From: Chrysomallon squamiferum
Lineage: Eukaryota; Animalia; Mollusca
Reading direction: 5' to 3'
Assembly (NCBI GenBank): GCA_012295275.1
Contig: CM022671.1
Span: forward strand, 22,692,001 to 22,756,000
Length of the DNA: 64,000 nt
In this document: piece after piece, positions 59,616 through 64,000 of the stretch
Layout of the letters: each line of letters starts with the position of its first letter
Position numbering within the stretch: the stretch's first letter is position 1
Notes under the pieces: model-generated
Databases searched by the model: none
Seen by the model: the letters and a program-made list of their open reading frames with translations, nothing else
What the model was told of the DNA's origin: nothing
Position numbers and translations under genes: made by a program

Positions 59616-60707
59616 TAAATATTTACACCGGAGGGCAAGTTTTCTCTTTACGACCAGAGCCGTAAGGTTAGATTCTGGCGCCCCCAGGAAAATATCATTT
59701 TCAACATTTATAAATAATATATTAGACATTTTTTTTTTTTAAATGTACGAGGGTAATTATACAAAAAGAAAAAAAAGAAAAAAGGTCTGCATTCAATATT
59801 TGGACAGTTTAACGGGGTCAAAATGATGATACAAAACTTACCAAATGTTCCCAGACCTTTCTCCCTGTCAAGCGCCTAAAGCAGAAGCACCTTAAAGGCA
59901 GACACGGCAGTCAAAATCATTGGTTTGGCCCTTTGGTGTTTTTTCGATAGAAATCAAAGTCTTATCTTTCGATAAAAATATTCATTCACAGCAGAAACGC
60001 ATCTGCAATATTTGTAAAACATTTATTTTCAACATCCTATGCGTTCTCTAGAGGCAAATTTGTTTTCTGTGACGGGCATTTATATATCCTACTAAGGCCA
60101 CATCTTTCCTTGTTTGTATTATTAAAATAAAGAGTTACCGCCTTCAATTTGGTTTCCTATACGCGTGATTCTTCTGAAAAACTCATGGCCTATAAAAACA
60201 CGCGAACATAATTTAAGTCCTGAACGTTTCACGTTCGCACGATTTTACCTCACTCGGTTTGTTTGTTTCGGTCAGACTGAATCTACCCGCTTATTTTGTC
60301 TCTGTATGAAATAAACCTGGATAAAAAGTAAACGACCTTCAGTAAAACTGAAATTTATTTATTTTTCAAAACAGTCGTTGATTTGGAGAAATGTGGTATG
60401 TTTGCCTATATGGTAGCGTCGGGCCTGTTTATGACTGTTACAAAAACAAATCCATAGTACAAAGAGCATATTTCACGACCAGATGAACGCATACTGAATC
60501 ATAATTTGAATTGTTTTTAATCGCTTACGCTTGTTAGTCAGGACGAAACACATTCATTCAAGTTCAGTTTGTATTGAACATTCAATGTTTATTTTAGTTC
60601 ATGAACTGTTGTCTGTTGACTATTCAATTTAATAATGTTCTAGTGTTCAGTAACAACAACGAAAACACTAATACTAAAATAACAACAACATAAATAATAT
60701 AAAAATA

Positions 60708-60738
<31 letters not shown>

Positions 60739-62164
60739 GTAGCAGTAGCTGTTGCTGATATTGTGCTATTGTTAGTATTAGTATTATTACGAGAAGGCAA
60801 TTTTCAAAACAAACTCCAGTACATTATAAATGGGTAATTTTGAAGAAAAAAAAAATATATATTACAGTGAAATAATATACATTTCCAGATAATGCATATT
60901 TGCTTTATGCTTCTCGGTGTAATAACAAACTGAACCAGATCAATTAAAAGAAAAGTTTTGTTATTTGTGACTAGACGACGGCGGAAACGACTAAGACAGG
61001 AGAACATTATAATGACTTCATATTACTCGGAACTGGACACGAATTTCAAAACAAACAAAACTAACAGAGCGTTGACCTATAATTTTCTGTACTGTTATTT
61101 TTGTTCTTCTCAAAAGGTAATGCATGAGTGTGTAAATATATGAATATTTAAAAATTCTCCATCCCAAAACTGTGACAAAACTGAAAAAGCAATTAAAGAT
61201 TCACGAAACAAACTCTGAGATCTGTTTTGTAAAGCATTCGACCAGTGTGTATACGACTCGAACAATCGACTTATGATCGTTAATGTGTAAAATACAAATA
61301 CAACACAACGTTTATTTTTAATTTTTAATTTGACAGCCAGTCTGTTTGTCTTTTTGTGTCTGTATGTGTATCTAAAAGAAAACATTAAACCTGATACATC
61401 TTATAATGTTTTTGTTTTTCTTATCTATGAACTTCAATGCATTTATCATAAATACCGATGTACAAGAATAAAATATCAACGTACAGTAAACAACATAAAG
61501 AGTTAAAATTTTCACTAAAATAATAGTAAGATTATAAATTTCAGTTTCTGACAGTCATACCAGCAAAACTACAACAAATATATAAATAAATAAATAAATA
61601 AAAGCAACCGCCAGCTTCACCATCAGTTTTAATGGAACATCAGCAGCCAAAAGTGGTTTCAAATTAATTATTCAGAAACCAGTTAAACGAACAAAGTATG
61701 TTTCATTATAACGCCGTTCATCAAAGACACACATAAACAAAAAAATCAGCAAACTATGTTTAGTTCTCGGTATGGTTCATAATGTAATGTTACTTTCCGA
61801 TACAGAATAAATATGTTACGTGTAAAAGTAACTGTAACATTGGAGCGGCCGACTAGCGAGGTTCACTGCTACAAAGTGTCTCGAACTTGCGAGGGGATTC
61901 CTGGACCATGTTTCCAAATTTTGAAATGCTGATACTGGAGAAAAAAAAAAAAAAAAAACAAAAAAAACACGATTTTAATGTCTTTTGGAAATCATAATAA
62001 AAAATTAAGATTATGATAAAAAATTATAATAAAATGATAAAATGTGTTGCTATATTTTATATAAAGAAATGCAAATTATATTGTAAAACATTAAACAGTG
62101 TTCAGTCACATATTTTACAATTCAAATACAATTTTGTAAAGTAGTGCAATTCGTATATTCTATT

Positions 62165-62203
<39 letters not shown>

Positions 62204-62275
62204 TTAATAATTATATATATATATATATATATGCATTTTTTGTTAACTTTTAAAATGATTTTCTTTTTTTGTTTA

Positions 62276-62323
<48 letters not shown>

Positions 62324-62544
62324 CGTCTGTTAGTAATGAATTCAACTCATTTCATCTTGATGGCGGTCACTGCCTCTTACCAAATTTTTTGATAAAAGTT
62401 ATTGCAAAGAGTTATAAACGACAACCCCCCCCCCAAAAAAAAAAAAACAACCCCAAAACAGAGAAAGTTAATGTATATTAAGGGTTAAACCGTAAATTTT
62501 AGGAATAACGATTCCAGTATCATGGAATACGAATATTTGACATG

Positions 62545-62820
62545 TTACCGCTCAACCCACTACCATTATCTGGGTAATTAAACAGCACGGTATATGCTTT
62601 CAGATCTTTATTTGTACATTATTCTTCTATAGATATTGTTCTCCAGATTAAAAATGACGTCCTAGAACTTTTTGATTATCCTCGTATTTGTATAGTTTGT
62701 CATTGATAATTAAGAGTAGCCTGTGAGTGTGAAGCGAGCAACGGAAGCAGGTTTCTCTCTATTATCGTTACTGTTCAAAATTCATATCTGACGACAATTA
62801 ACCATTTATAATAAACTGTC
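62545..62820 (+). mobile_element. Possible decayed SINE-like interspersed repeat
   Basis: agagtagcc...gcaggtttctctct...catatctgacg...taacc resembles, from memory only, an abundant gastropod SINE 3' region; not verified. Confidence 0.3.
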
Positions 62821-64000
62821 AGTTACTTATGTACTTGTCTTTTACTTTGTGTTGCCTGTTTCACATTTAATAAATCGAGAGTGAGAGAAAACAAAAATCA
62901 TTCCATTTTCGTTAATGTTAATATTTGACCAATTTCAACATTTATAAAAATCTAAGACTTATCATGGCTGCTTCCGTGTTGAAAGTTCATTGATTTGTTA
63001 AATAACTTTAAAAATATTTTTTGGGCAAATATGCTGTTATCAGTATGCAATTATTTATTTATAGATAATTTTAAACTTGCCAATCTGTCAACGAACTGCA
63101 TTCATCTGTTGTGATTATGCCTTTTTTTAGACGTAAAGGTATGGGTTAGTTGTATTTTTAAATGTTGAAGTGACAGTAAATAAAGCTCGGTAGGCGTTTC
63201 CTTTTATTTATTTATTTATTTATTTATTTATATTTCAAAATTTATTTATTTATTTTTTTACATGTATATTTTAACGATATAATTTAATTTGTTGGAAGCT
63301 AATGAAATTATTGCTGATTTTTGATATATCCTAAAATAAAAAGGAATAAATTTCAGTAAAATCAAAAATTATAATCGCAATTGAAAAAGGAGCTATTGTT
63401 TTCATAATTTTATTTCAACTTAATAAAGACATGAAGAGTATAGTTTAAACAGAAGTATGCGAGGATTAAAGGACATAAATAATGATAAAACTAGTAATTC
63501 GAATATACGTTGAAAATATTCATTGCTATAACGACTCAAATTATACAAGTTAAAGATTTGTTGTTTCTGACATTCAGACTGAGACTTGAAATATCACAAT
63601 TAAAGTTGCATTTAAATTATAGTGATATCTCATTATTCACTTTATTCTTCTTCTTTTTTTTTTTCTTCCAGGGAAGCCTAAACCAGAACTTTCAGATGCT
63701 TCTGTTCAGAAGGTCAGGCTGAAACGCACATCAGACAGAAGCAGTTCTAGTCCCAAAACCCCACTATCCGCAGATTCTTTCTTTAATGGAGATATTGGTT
63801 AGACAAATATGTTTATCACACTGTTTATATTTATCAAACTATTAATATTTACAAAAATGCCTTCCTTATAAACAAACTAAAAATTGTTCTGAAAAACACA
63901 TATAATCTAGGGTTTACCAAAGTTCAACATTATATGAAGTAAAAATACTAGAAAGGTAAATGATAACAATAAATGTTATTTTGTTTTCATTCTTCTGTTT

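Noticed and set aside
59225-59729. 137-aa and 83-aa ORFs with repeating peptides; array superficially CRISPR-like
   Set aside because: They are translations of a head-to-tail 29-bp minisatellite with no unique spacers; eukaryotic context and no cas genes.

Overview
AT-rich, microsatellite-laden eukaryotic genomic DNA from an invertebrate; a mollusc/gastropod origin is my inference. Three genes are supported. (1) The 5' ~35 exons of neurofibromin (NF1) lie on the minus strand, from ATG 39715 off the left edge of the window. (2) A spinster/SPNS lysosomal MFS transporter lies head-to-head with NF1 on the plus strand (ATG 40622, last exon(s) 47.5-50 kb); the two share a short CpG-rich promoter. 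(3) An intronless Anp1/Mnn9/Van1-like (GT62) glycosyltransferase lies on the minus strand (55150-56316). The most interesting signal is an apparent splicing system in NF1. A tandemly duplicated pair of exons (13950-14074 and 12663-12799), incompatible in phase if both are included, encodes two versions of the RasGAP FLR-motif segment, at the site where vertebrates regulate NF1 with exon 23a. Several frame-preserving micro/cassette exon candidates (21, 15, 54, 54 nt) carry UGC and UGCAUG motifs. Spinster appears to have alternative last exons with different sorting tails, one ending in YETI*. Two NF1 lesions (a garbled exon at ~28.1-28.5 kb and a 1-bp frameshift at ~26564) look like assembly artefacts. 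All exon boundaries were read by hand; nothing was checked against transcripts or databases.
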